Shown here: one piece after another, positions 10,032 to 18,756 of the stretch
Layout of the letters: each line of letters opens with the position of its first letter
Position numbering within the stretch: the first letter of the stretch is position 1
Origin: Gemmatimonadota bacterium
Lineage (GTDB): Bacteria > Latescibacterota > UBA2968 > UBA8231
Assembly (NCBI GenBank): GCA_038119905.1
Contig: JAYOKQ010000007.1
Coordinates: 250-64,249, forward strand
Reading direction: 5' to 3'
DNA: 64,000 nt
The notes under the pieces: model-generated
Told to the model about the DNA's origin: nothing
The model's database searches: none
The model's input: the letters and a program-made list of their open reading frames with translations, nothing else
Translations under genes and position numbers: made by a program

Positions 10032-10805
10032 ATGAGTCAGGCGCAAGAACAGGCGAGCACAACGGTGCAAACAGAAGAGCAGCGGACCGTTGTGCGCACG
10101 CAGCAGGTGAAGAAGCTCTACAAGATGGGCGAGATTGAGGTGCACGCTCTGCGCGGCGTGGATATGGAGATCTACACTGGTGAGTATTTGTCGATCATGG
10201 GGCCTTCGGGTTCGGGAAAGAGCACGTTTTTTAATATGGTGGGCGGTCTCGACAAGCCGTCTGAGGGCAAAGTCTATATAGATGAGGTCGACGTAGCACA
10301 GCTCGATGCCTATGAGCTAGCCTGGCTGCGCTGCCGCAAGATTGGCTACATCTTTCAGTCGTTTAATCTGATTCCCGTTATGACGGCGTTAGAAAACGTG
10401 ACGCTGCCGATGGTATTTGCCGGTCTGACCAGCGACGAGGCGCGCGATAAGGGGATGGATTTGCTTAAAAAAGTTGGCCTAGGTGAGCGCTACGCGCACA
10501 AGCCCTATGAGCTGTCTGGAGGGCAGCAGCAGCGCGTGGCTGTTGCACGCGCGCTGGCCAACGATCCTGCTGTGGTGTTGGCCGACGAGCCAACGGCCAA
10601 CCTCGACTTGCGCACGGGCACGGAAATTATTGAACTGCTGCGCGAGATGAACAAGGATTCGGGCGTGACGATTATCTCGGCCACACACGATCACAAAATG
10701 CTCAGCGTTTCCGACCGCGTAGTATGGGTTAAAGACGGTCAGGTAGATCGCGTGGTCAATCGCGAAGACCTTGATATTGAGGTGACGCACGTAGAAGGCG
10801 AGTAG
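10032..10805 (+). CDS. ABC transporter ATP-binding protein (MacB/LolD-like)
   Basis: Walker A GPSGSGKST, signature LSGGQQQRVAVARAL, Walker B VVLADEPT. Confidence 0.9.
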   Translation: MSQAQEQASTTVQTEEQRTVVRTQQVKKLYKMGEIEVHALRGVDMEIYTGEYLSIMGPSGSGKSTFFNMVGGLDKPSEGKVYIDEVDVAQLDAYELAWLRCRKIGYIFQSFNLIPVMTALENVTLPMVFAGLTSDEARDKGMDLLKKVGLGERYAHKPYELSGGQQQRVAVARALANDPAVVLADEPTANLDLRTGTEIIELLREMNKDSGVTIISATHDHKMLSVSDRVVWVKDGQVDRVVNREDLDIEVTHVEGE

Positions 10806-11587
10806 TGCTTCCAGCCTATTCGGCGGATGTATGGGTCTGCGCGGTATGTGCCGTGCTACTGATGGGCGTGGCCAAGGCTGGATTTGGAGGTGGTATCGGC
10901 ATCATTGCAACGCCTCTATTGGCCCTCTCGCTGCCGGTATCCGACGCGGCGGCGCTCATGTTGCCTCTGTTGATCGCCTGCGACGTATTTGCGATTCGAC
11001 ACTACCACGACAGCTTTGATGCAAAGAGTGTAAAAAGGCTTCTGCCGGGTGCCTGTTTGGGCATTGGGGCGGGAGCCTTCTTTTTTGGTTACTTCAGCCA
11101 GCACGAGCGTGTGTTGGAAGTGGGATTGGGAATCCTTGCGCTGCTCTTTGTTTGTTTCCAAATCGGCCGAGCTTTCGTATTGGGTGCCGTAGAAAAGCGT
11201 CATCCCGGGGCTGCAGAAGGCGTGCTCATGGGACTTTTTTCCGGGTTTACCTCGACGATTGCACATGCTGGTGCTCCACCTGTCGTCGTGTATTTGCTGC
11301 CGCAGCAGCTGCCGCGTCAGCGTTTTGTGGGGACTACGGTGGTGTTCTTTGCCGCTCTTAACCTGATTAAGGTGCCGCCCTACTGGGGGTTGGGCCTTTT
11401 TCACTACGACATATTTAAAATGACGCTGTTGCTCTCGCCGCTGGCTTATCTCGGCGTGAAGCTCGGCGTGTTTCTCAACGCACATTTTACCGATCTGTGG
11501 TTCAACCGAGTGGTGTACGGCGTGCTGGTGCTAACGGCCGTGCAGCTCATAACGGGTTCGAGCGTGCTCAGCTTCTTGGTTGGATAG
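10805..11587 (+). CDS. TauE/SafE family sulfite-exporter-like membrane protein
   Basis: About 8 TM helices with GFGGGIGIIATPLL and a repeated AHAGAPPVVVYLL-type motif. Confidence 0.7.
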   Translation: MLPAYSADVWVCAVCAVLLMGVAKAGFGGGIGIIATPLLALSLPVSDAAALMLPLLIACDVFAIRHYHDSFDAKSVKRLLPGACLGIGAGAFFFGYFSQHERVLEVGLGILALLFVCFQIGRAFVLGAVEKRHPGAAEGVLMGLFSGFTSTIAHAGAPPVVVYLLPQQLPRQRFVGTTVVFFAALNLIKVPPYWGLGLFHYDIFKMTLLLSPLAYLGVKLGVFLNAHFTDLWFNRVVYGVLVLTAVQLITGSSVLSFLVG

Positions 11588-11639
11588 AGGCGCGCCGTGT
11601 CTCGTCAACATATTGCAATGCGATGGTAGGGAGCGTGAT

Positions 11640-13094
11640 ATGCGAATTGCCGTAGCGGGCTTTGCCCACGAGTCAAATACATTCTATTCACAGCCGACAG
11701 ACTTGGAAGATTTTGGCGTATGTGAGGGGGCCGATATCGTCTCCCACTATGCCGATACATTTCATGAAATAGCCGGCTATATAGCGGGTGCTGAGCAGTT
11801 CGGTTACGAGCTATTTCCCATTGTTTCCGCAGGTGCCACGCCGGCAGCAGCCGTCACGGCCGAAGCGTATGAACACTTTGTCGGGCGCATTATCGATGGG
11901 TTGCAGCAAGGGCCACAGGTAGACGGCGTGCTCTTGGCGCTGCACGGGGCCATGGTGGCAGAAGGGTATCCACACGCCGATGCGGAAACGGTGCGCCGCG
12001 TGCGCGCGCTCGTCGGCGCCGATGTGCCGATTGCCGTTACTCACGACTATCACGCCAACGTGCCGCCCGAGCTAGTTGAAGCGGCCGATGCGTTGGTTAT
12101 TTATAAGACCAATCCCCACATAGACCAGCGCGAGCGCGGTTTGCAGGCTGCCTCTATTCTGGTGCAGACGATTCGCGGTCAAGTGCAGCCGGTTATGGCA
12201 CTAGCTAAGCCGCAGTTACTCTTTAACATATACCATCACAATACGAGTGTGGCGCCAATGCAGCCGCTGATGCAAGAAGCGATTGCATTGGAGGGGAGGG
12301 AGGGAATTCTAGCGTGCAGTATAGCCGCAGGATATCAGTATGCCGACGTCCCACACATGGGGCCCTCTATCGTAGTGATTGCCGACGGTGACGAGGAGCT
12401 TGCTCGACGCGAAGCACAGCGCATTGAGGAGGCTATGTGGGCCGTGCGCGAAGAGCTTAAGACGGAGGTCGCTGATCCGCAAAAGGCGGTCGAACAGGCG
12501 CGTACGAGCGATGTATTTCCCGTATGTCTGCTTGATTTCGGCGACAATATCGGCGGTGGTTCAGCGGGCGATTCGACCTTTGTACTTGAGGAACTCGTGC
12601 GCCAAGAGGCGGAAAAATGGGTGTGCACGCTGTGGGATCCAGAAAGCGTAGAGGTTTGCTTTGCCGCCGGCGTGGGGACAGACGTCGATCTACAGGTGGG
12701 GGGGAAAACGGACGACGAGCATGGACCTACGCTGTCGATTCGAGGGCGCGTGCGCACGCTGCACGACGGTTCATATGAGGAGACGGAACGCCGTCACGGC
12801 GGTGGACGCCTGTTTAATCAGGGTCTCACGGCCGTGGTCGATGTAAGCGGTCGGGGTTTGTTGGTGCTCAACAGCCGTCGTTCTTCGCCCAATAGCATTC
12901 ATCAGGTTACGTGTGTAGGGATTCAGCCCGCCCAGCAAAAAATCTTTGTAGCGAAAGGGGCCGTAGCGCCGCGCGCCGCATACGAGCCGGTGTGCGAGCG
13001 CTTGATAGAGGTGGCTTCGGGGGGAGCTACGGCTATTTTGCGCGGACCTGAAGAATACCAGCGCGCGCGCAAGACGCTGTATGAATGGCAGTAA
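11640..13094 (+). CDS. M81 family metallopeptidase (MlrC-like)
   Basis: Starting at the internal ATG 11640 gives MRIAVAGFAHESNTF, the hallmark MlrC/DUF1485 N-terminus. The length fits the family. Confidence 0.75.
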   Translation: MRIAVAGFAHESNTFYSQPTDLEDFGVCEGADIVSHYADTFHEIAGYIAGAEQFGYELFPIVSAGATPAAAVTAEAYEHFVGRIIDGLQQGPQVDGVLLALHGAMVAEGYPHADAETVRRVRALVGADVPIAVTHDYHANVPPELVEAADALVIYKTNPHIDQRERGLQAASILVQTIRGQVQPVMALAKPQLLFNIYHHNTSVAPMQPLMQEAIALEGREGILACSIAAGYQYADVPHMGPSIVVIADGDEELARREAQRIEEAMWAVREELKTEVADPQKAVEQARTSDVFPVCLLDFGDNIGGGSAGDSTFVLEELVRQEAEKWVCTLWDPESVEVCFAAGVGTDVDLQVGGKTDDEHGPTLSIRGRVRTLHDGSYEETERRHGGGRLFNQGLTAVVDVSGRGLLVLNSRRSSPNSIHQVTCVGIQPAQQKIFVAKGAVAPRAAYEPVCERLIEVASGGATAILRGPEEYQRARKTLYEWQ

Positions 13095-13121
13095 CCTCAC
13101 ATAGACAGAAGGATTGCTACT

Positions 13122-14165
13122 ATGACGCTTAGAGTGGGCATTGTCGGTGCGGGCGCCAATACGCGCTTGCAGCATATTCCGGGCTTTCGCGCCCTGCCCG
13201 ACGTTGAGATTTCAGCTGTCTGCAATCGCTCGTTGGCTTCGAGCGAACGCGCGGCGACCGAACTGGATATTCCACGTGCTTTTGCCGATTGGAAAGAGCT
13301 GGTGCACTGTGATGAAGTGGATGCGATTTGCATAGGGACGTGGCCTTATATGCACTGTCCGATTGTGCTCGAGGCCCTCGGCGCTGGCAAGCACGTGCTG
13401 ACCGAAGCACGCATGTGCATGAACTTAGCGGAAGCTCGGCAAATGCATGCAGCTGCACAGGCTAGTAATGGAGTGGCGATGATCGTGCCGGCACCGATGT
13501 ACTTGTCGGCTGAGCCGATACTACTCGACATGTTGGCGAACGGTTTTTTCGGTGATCTGTTGGCTATTGAAGTGCGCGGCCTAAACGGTGCGTACAACCC
13601 CGATGCTCCGCTGCACTGGCGTCAGCGCCGAGATTTGTCCGGCCAGAACATTATGTCGTTGGGTATTCTCAATGAAACGGTGCGCCGTTACGCGGGGCAC
13701 GAGCGGGCGGTGCTCGCTCAGAGTGCAACGTTTACGTCGGAGCGCAAAGATCCGGAGACGAATGCATTAGGTCCCGTGGGCGTGCCGGATAGCTTGGGCG
13801 TGCTGGCCGAACTGGAAAGCGGTGCCCAGGCCGTGTATCACCTGAGCAGCGTAACTCGCCTGGGCGATGGCTCCACATTTGAATTTTATGGCACCAAAGG
13901 CAGTGTCAAAATGGAGGGCGGATCTGCCGTAGCGCCAGGGCGTGTTTGGGTCGCCGGCGAAGGGGAGGATGCCTACCGACCATTGGAAGTACCCGGACAG
14001 CCGCGCAACGGCTGGAGCGTAGAGGAAGACTTCGTCGCGTCTATCCGTGAGGGACGGCCCGTGACGCACACGGACTTTGCGGCTGGCGTGCAGTATATGC
14101 AGTTTACCGAGGCGGTGCAGGTCAGCCTTGCAGAAGGGCGGAAGGTCGCACTCGACGAACTGTAA
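13122..14165 (+). CDS. Gfo/Idh/MocA family oxidoreductase
   Basis: MTLRVGIVGAGANTRLQHIPGF Rossmann N-terminus and an EARM-type (E-K-P-like) region. Confidence 0.8.
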   Translation: MTLRVGIVGAGANTRLQHIPGFRALPDVEISAVCNRSLASSERAATELDIPRAFADWKELVHCDEVDAICIGTWPYMHCPIVLEALGAGKHVLTEARMCMNLAEARQMHAAAQASNGVAMIVPAPMYLSAEPILLDMLANGFFGDLLAIEVRGLNGAYNPDAPLHWRQRRDLSGQNIMSLGILNETVRRYAGHERAVLAQSATFTSERKDPETNALGPVGVPDSLGVLAELESGAQAVYHLSSVTRLGDGSTFEFYGTKGSVKMEGGSAVAPGRVWVAGEGEDAYRPLEVPGQPRNGWSVEEDFVASIREGRPVTHTDFAAGVQYMQFTEAVQVSLAEGRKVALDEL

Positions 14166-14191
14166 CGGCTGGTTGTTTTCAGCAGGTACGT

Positions 14192-14231
14192 AGAGCGGTC
14201 GTTCTCATGGGAAACGGCCGCTCTTTTTTTG
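14192..14231 (+). terminator. rho-independent terminator
   Basis: AGAGCGGTCG / CGGCCGCTCT stem (one G-U pair), followed by a T run at 14225..14231. Confidence 0.7.
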
Positions 14232-14244
14232 CTAGAATACGGGA

Positions 14245-15039
14245 CTACAGGTCTTCTCCACAGTGAGGACAGCGCGCCGGTTCGTCGGAATTGTTCTGGC
14301 GCATCTTCTCTAATTCTTCGGTAAATCCGGCGCCCAAGATGCCCGCAGGTAGAGCGAACATACCAATGCCGAGGACGGCGATGATCGCCCCGATGGTCTG
14401 CCCAAGCGGCGTTATGGGAAACGCGTCGCCGTAGCCGACGGTTGTCAGTGTGACGATGCCCCACCACATGGTCGCAGGAATGCTGGAAAAAACGTCGGGC
14501 TGCACGCTGTGCTCGGCAAAGAACATCAGTGAAGATGCGATGACGAGCAGCGTCATCAGTACGAAGAAAATGCTCAGCAACTCTTCTTTTCTTTCGGAGA
14601 CGACGTGCCCGAGCAAGCGCAGCGCGCGCGAGTACCGGGCTAGCTTGACGATGCGAAAGATGCGCAGGAGGCGCACGGTGCGCACAAAGCGAAGATCGAC
14701 GCCAAAAAAGGGCAGGAAAAAGGGCAGTATGGCCAACAGGTCGATAATACCCAGCGGAGAGACGATAAAGCGGAGTCGGCCGGTTCCGGGAGCGGCGAAC
14801 CGAGGATTGGTCGTACAGGACCAGACTCTCAGCACATACTCGAGAGAAAAAACGGCGATGGAAAAGCGTTCGAAAAGGGCAAATGATGCGCTGTGGAGAC
14901 TGTACACAGATTCTACGGTTTCTAGTGTCAGCGCCACGATATTGAGGAATATCAGGACAATAATCGCGACGTCTACTGCGCGGCCGGTGTCGTCGCCAGG
15001 TTCGAGGGCGTAGTATACGTGGTCTCGGATGTGCAACAA
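14245..15039 (-). CDS. voltage-gated K+ channel (6-TM, KvAP-like)
   Basis: S4-like RFVRTVRLLRIFRIVKLARYSRALRLL and the selectivity filter TTVGYGD. Confidence 0.85.
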   Translation of the reverse strand: MLHIRDHVYYALEPGDDTGRAVDVAIIVLIFLNIVALTLETVESVYSLHSASFALFERFSIAVFSLEYVLRVWSCTTNPRFAAPGTGRLRFIVSPLGIIDLLAILPFFLPFFGVDLRFVRTVRLLRIFRIVKLARYSRALRLLGHVVSERKEELLSIFFVLMTLLVIASSLMFFAEHSVQPDVFSSIPATMWWGIVTLTTVGYGDAFPITPLGQTIGAIIAVLGIGMFALPAGILGAGFTEELEKMRQNNSDEPARCPHCGEDL

Positions 15040-15113
15040 CGCATCCCAAGCGCCGTGTGCTTTGTGTGGGTAACAGCGGTGCTATTGCTGCGCTTTTTTC
15101 GACTGCGCTGGAC

Positions 15114-16244
15114 TCAGGTCCAGTCGTCCAATACCTCTTCGGCTAGACCAAATGACGTGCTCATACCGGCGCCTCCTACGCCGTTGACAATGCGCACGTC
15201 GGGGGCTGGGCAGGCAACAAAGTCTGCGCGCGTCGGATGCTTTGCATACACGCCGCTCCAGCGCTGGGCGATGCGCAGCGACGGGGCGGCTAAAAAGCCC
15301 TGCAGATAGTCTAAGACCAGTTCGTCTATTTCCGGCTTGTCAAAGGGATCGGGCTGCCAGTCGTATTCGTGCGAATCGCCGATAGTAATCTCACCCAGTC
15401 CGTTTTGCGAAGCCATGACGTGAATGCCCCACTGATCGAACTCAGGTCTCTCGCGGCTGATGCGCGCAGCGTAGGGGGCTAGTGACGCGCACTGCTTAAA
15501 GGCCGCGTAGTGTCGAAGCGTAAGCCCGGCGGCTAACATCGGTCCCAGCTGCCAGCTGTTGGGCTGGGGAACGGTGCGCATCATCTGCAGCTTGCAGCGA
15601 GTCATCCCGCTTGAAGCATACAGATCCGGATAGAGATTTTCAAAGTCGACGCCGCTGCATACGACGGCTCGCTCCACGCGCCAGTTCGATTGGGGCGTGG
15701 AGATATGCGGCAGGTCGATGGCGGATACGGGCGTGGAAAAGCACAGTTGTACGCCGTATTCGCGTTCGAGAAAGAGGGGGAGCTGCGCCGTGGCCTGCCG
15801 CGGATCGACGCAGGCTTCGCTCGCGCTCCACAGGCCGCCTCTGAGCCCATCGGGGCGCACGGCAGTGCTACGCGCCAAGATGCCTTGGGCATCGAGTAAC
15901 TCCACGTCGTATCCAAGAGAGGGCGCCAGTTGAGCAAACTCCGCTAACACGTCCATTTCATCGGCGGCGTAGGCCAAATGAAGTGATCCGGTTGCCTGGT
16001 GCCATATCTGGGCTGATGGGGCGACTTCGCTCCAGACATCCCGCGTGCGCAGTGCACGCTGATGAATGGCGCCTGGCGCTTGGCCGATGGGCCAAATCAT
16101 GCCGAAGTTGCGAATGGAAGCACCAATGGCCTGCGGCGAACGCTCAAATAGCACGACGGACAGGCCGCGGCGTGCGGCCGCTAGTGCATGGGCAATACCT
16201 ACAATACCGGCGCCGACTACGGCTAGGTCTTTTACTCTTTCCAT
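15114..16244 (-). CDS. FAD-dependent oxidoreductase (DAO family; resembles the TIGR03364-type clade, from memory)
   Basis: DLAVVGAGIVGIAHALAAARRG dinucleotide fold, SIRNFGMIWP, C-terminal GVGGAGMSTSFG. Confidence 0.7.
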   Translation of the reverse strand: MERVKDLAVVGAGIVGIAHALAAARRGLSVVLFERSPQAIGASIRNFGMIWPIGQAPGAIHQRALRTRDVWSEVAPSAQIWHQATGSLHLAYAADEMDVLAEFAQLAPSLGYDVELLDAQGILARSTAVRPDGLRGGLWSASEACVDPRQATAQLPLFLEREYGVQLCFSTPVSAIDLPHISTPQSNWRVERAVVCSGVDFENLYPDLYASSGMTRCKLQMMRTVPQPNSWQLGPMLAAGLTLRHYAAFKQCASLAPYAARISRERPEFDQWGIHVMASQNGLGEITIGDSHEYDWQPDPFDKPEIDELVLDYLQGFLAAPSLRIAQRWSGVYAKHPTRADFVACPAPDVRIVNGVGGAGMSTSFGLAEEVLDDWT

Positions 16245-16255
16245 GATGTGCTTTT

Positions 16256-17296
16256 CTAGGTAGGCCGCACCGAAACGCGGGCGAAGCGCTGCGTGCGCGC
16301 CAGATCTACGGCATCCTGCAAATCGCTCAGTGAGAGAGGGGGGCTGACGAGTTCATCGTACGGGTGCTGTCCGGCGGTTTGTTGGAGAAAGGCAATGGCC
16401 TCATCCAAATGGCGCGGGCTGTAGTTATGCACGCCGCGGATGGTCAGACATTTGCGGATGATTTGTTCGCCGGTAACGCCGATGTGCGTGTCGGGATGGA
16501 CCATGCCGACAAAGGCGTAAAAGCCTCCGGGGCGCAAAGCGGCGATGCCATCGTCTACCAATGCGGATACACCCGCCAGCTCAAATACGGCATCCACGCC
16601 GGCCTTTTCGCGTGCGAGTAGTTCGTCTATTGCTGCGATGGGAATGGCTCCAAACGCCGCACTCAGCGCCCGACGCTCAGGGTTGATGTCTATGCAATAG
16701 ACGCGTTTAACGCCTCGCCGGGCCAGCAGTGCGCAGCTGTACAGTCCGAGGAGGCCGGCTCCCTGGATGAGCGCAGAGTGACAGGGAGAAGGCAGCGTCT
16801 GCGCGGCGTTGACGACGGTGGCCAGCGCACAGTTGGCGGGTGCGGCCGTTGCATCGCTCAGCGCATCGGGTAGTACTACAACGTGCGTGCCTCGGCGCAG
16901 GAGAATGTGGGAAGCGTAGCAGCCGTTGAGACCGCAGCCATCTTCCAATGGGGCGTGTCCGTACTTAAAGAGATGGTCACATTTTTCGGGTAGTTCGTAT
17001 TCGCCGCAGGCTGCGCAGGTGCCACAGCTGTCGGCGATGCTCCAGGTAACGCGGTCGCCCACGCGCAGGCCGGGGCGGCCGTCGCCCTTGGCCACGATGC
17101 GTCCCACGGCCTCGTGGCCTAAAATGCAGGGGGTTTTTTCGGGGCGATGGCCCGACAGCGTATGCAAGTCGGATCCGCAGATGGTCGCCAGAGCGATTTC
17201 GACTAGCACTTCGCCGGCTGCTAGCGAGGAGGGTAGAGCGATCGCGCGCTCGTCGAGCGGCTGGTTGGGCCCGTGGAAAACCTGGGCGTAGGCCAT
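16256..17296 (-). CDS. zinc-binding alcohol dehydrogenase (MDR family)
   Basis: CGSDLHTLSG..ILGHEAVG catalytic Zn motif, CGTCAACGEYELPEKC structural Zn motif, GAGLLGL NAD fold. Confidence 0.85.
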   Translation of the reverse strand: MAYAQVFHGPNQPLDERAIALPSSLAAGEVLVEIALATICGSDLHTLSGHRPEKTPCILGHEAVGRIVAKGDGRPGLRVGDRVTWSIADSCGTCAACGEYELPEKCDHLFKYGHAPLEDGCGLNGCYASHILLRRGTHVVVLPDALSDATAAPANCALATVVNAAQTLPSPCHSALIQGAGLLGLYSCALLARRGVKRVYCIDINPERRALSAAFGAIPIAAIDELLAREKAGVDAVFELAGVSALVDDGIAALRPGGFYAFVGMVHPDTHIGVTGEQIIRKCLTIRGVHNYSPRHLDEAIAFLQQTAGQHPYDELVSPPLSLSDLQDAVDLARTQRFARVSVRPT

Positions 17297-17300
17297 GGTC

Positions 17301-18035
17301 TTAGTCCGCTCTTTTACGCCAGTAGCCCTCGAGCGAGTCCTGCGGTGTCCAGCCGAGTAACTGCCGCGCCTTTTTGTTGTGATAGCGCCCGTGCGGCGTG
17401 TCGGTCGTGATGTGAAAGATCTCGCAGCGAGAGGGTAAGCTATCTAAGTCTATTTCCAAACAGGCACGCAGGGCGCGGGCTGCATCGGCAAACGTTACGG
17501 AAAAGGGGTTGGTGTCGCCGCCCTCCTGTCCGGGGGCAGGCTCGGCGTCGCGAAAGCTCAGAAAAAGCGTCGTCAAGACGTGTAGAGGGTAATTGGCGCT
17601 GAAGACTCGGCAGATTTCTTGACCGATGGATTTACTGTGCGCGTAGAGGTTGAGCCCCGAGTGCAGCGGCACGTCTTCGCTGATGTCAAAGTCGTAGTAT
17701 TCGTAGCTGGGCCCGACCTGGGTAAAATGAGGTCCCGTATTAATAAAGCGAGTATGGCCGAGTTCGGCGGCGACGCGCACGGCGTTATAGGTGCCGGCGG
17801 TATTGACGTCGAAGGCAACCTTGCGGTCGGGGCGCAGCACGGAACAGTTGATGATGACGTCGGTGCCCTGCGCTGCTGCGCGGACCTGATCCAAGTCACT
17901 GACGTCGACGCGCATGGTCTCGTGTGGGCTGTCGATGTCGACGATGTCGGTGATGCGCAGTTCGTAATCGCCCTCAAGTTCCTTGACTACGTGCGGACCG
18001 AGAAAGCCATTGCCACCTAAGAGAAGGACTTTCAT
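17301..18035 (-). CDS. NAD-dependent epimerase/dehydratase family SDR
   Basis: MKVLLLGGNGFLGPHV Rossmann start and a YAHSK (YxxxK) catalytic motif. Confidence 0.75.
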   Translation of the reverse strand: MKVLLLGGNGFLGPHVVKELEGDYELRITDIVDIDSPHETMRVDVSDLDQVRAAAQGTDVIINCSVLRPDRKVAFDVNTAGTYNAVRVAAELGHTRFINTGPHFTQVGPSYEYYDFDISEDVPLHSGLNLYAHSKSIGQEICRVFSANYPLHVLTTLFLSFRDAEPAPGQEGGDTNPFSVTFADAARALRACLEIDLDSLPSRCEIFHITTDTPHGRYHNKKARQLLGWTPQDSLEGYWRKRAD

Positions 18036-18745
18036 ATACCCTCCTCAAAAGAATGTCGAGGGGTGAAATCAAGCGATTTGCACAGGCGATCAGAAGAAAA
18101 TCGCGCGCGCTCGGATACGGACTGAAGGTGCAGCACGCGATAGGCGCGTTGGCGCCGCAGGGCAGGTGCATCTGCTAAGAGCCGACTGATGGCTTCGGCC
18201 GCATCGCGTTCGTCCAGCCACATCGGGTCATACGGCTGTCCAGCCACCTCTTCGGCTCGCACCACGTGTCCAAGACGCAGGACGATGACGTCGAGTGCGT
18301 TGCTGTGGGCAAACTCGCGTGCGGTGAATTCTGCAATATGCGGTCCCAGTTGAGCCGGTTCGGTGTTGGGCAGGGGCTGCCAGTTTTCCGAGACGGGCAT
18401 ATTGGCATCGTAGGACATAAACGGATCGAGCGTGCTGAGCACGAGCGCACGTGCGACCCCGGCTTCCGAAGCGGCCAACAGCAGGTTGTAATGTCGGCGA
18501 GAATTGACGTCGAGCCATTCGTTCTGTCCGTCGCCGGGGCGCGGCGTGTAGGGCAGGTGGACGAGCACATCGATGTCATGGACGAGTGCGTCGGTGCTTT
18601 CGTCGTGTCCTAGGTCACTCTGGACAAACTCCAACTCTGTATCAAAGGGATCTTTGTCGGTTAGACGCACGTGGTGTGATGCACTCAATTCGGTGGCGAT
18701 GGCTTTGCCTAAGGAACTCGCTGCACCGGTGACTAGTACTCTCAT
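18032..18745 (-). CDS. atypical SDR / NAD-dependent epimerase-like protein lacking an obvious YxxxK
   Basis: MRVLVTGAASSLGKAI Rossmann start. The expected YxxxK position reads LGPHIAEFTAREF. 4-nt overlap with the downstream SDR. Confidence 0.6.
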   Translation of the reverse strand: MRVLVTGAASSLGKAIATELSASHHVRLTDKDPFDTELEFVQSDLGHDESTDALVHDIDVLVHLPYTPRPGDGQNEWLDVNSRRHYNLLLAASEAGVARALVLSTLDPFMSYDANMPVSENWQPLPNTEPAQLGPHIAEFTAREFAHSNALDVIVLRLGHVVRAEEVAGQPYDPMWLDERDAAEAISRLLADAPALRRQRAYRVLHLQSVSERARFSSDRLCKSLDFTPRHSFEEGI

Positions 18746-18756
18746 GCCGCGACCTT

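Noticed and set aside
13973-15049. 358-codon ORF on the same strand as the K+ channel gene
   Set aside because: It is offset by one frame from the ORF carrying the S4 and TVGYGD motifs. The translation is Arg/Pro-rich (RPRSRRRD...), typical of an off-frame reading of GC-rich DNA.
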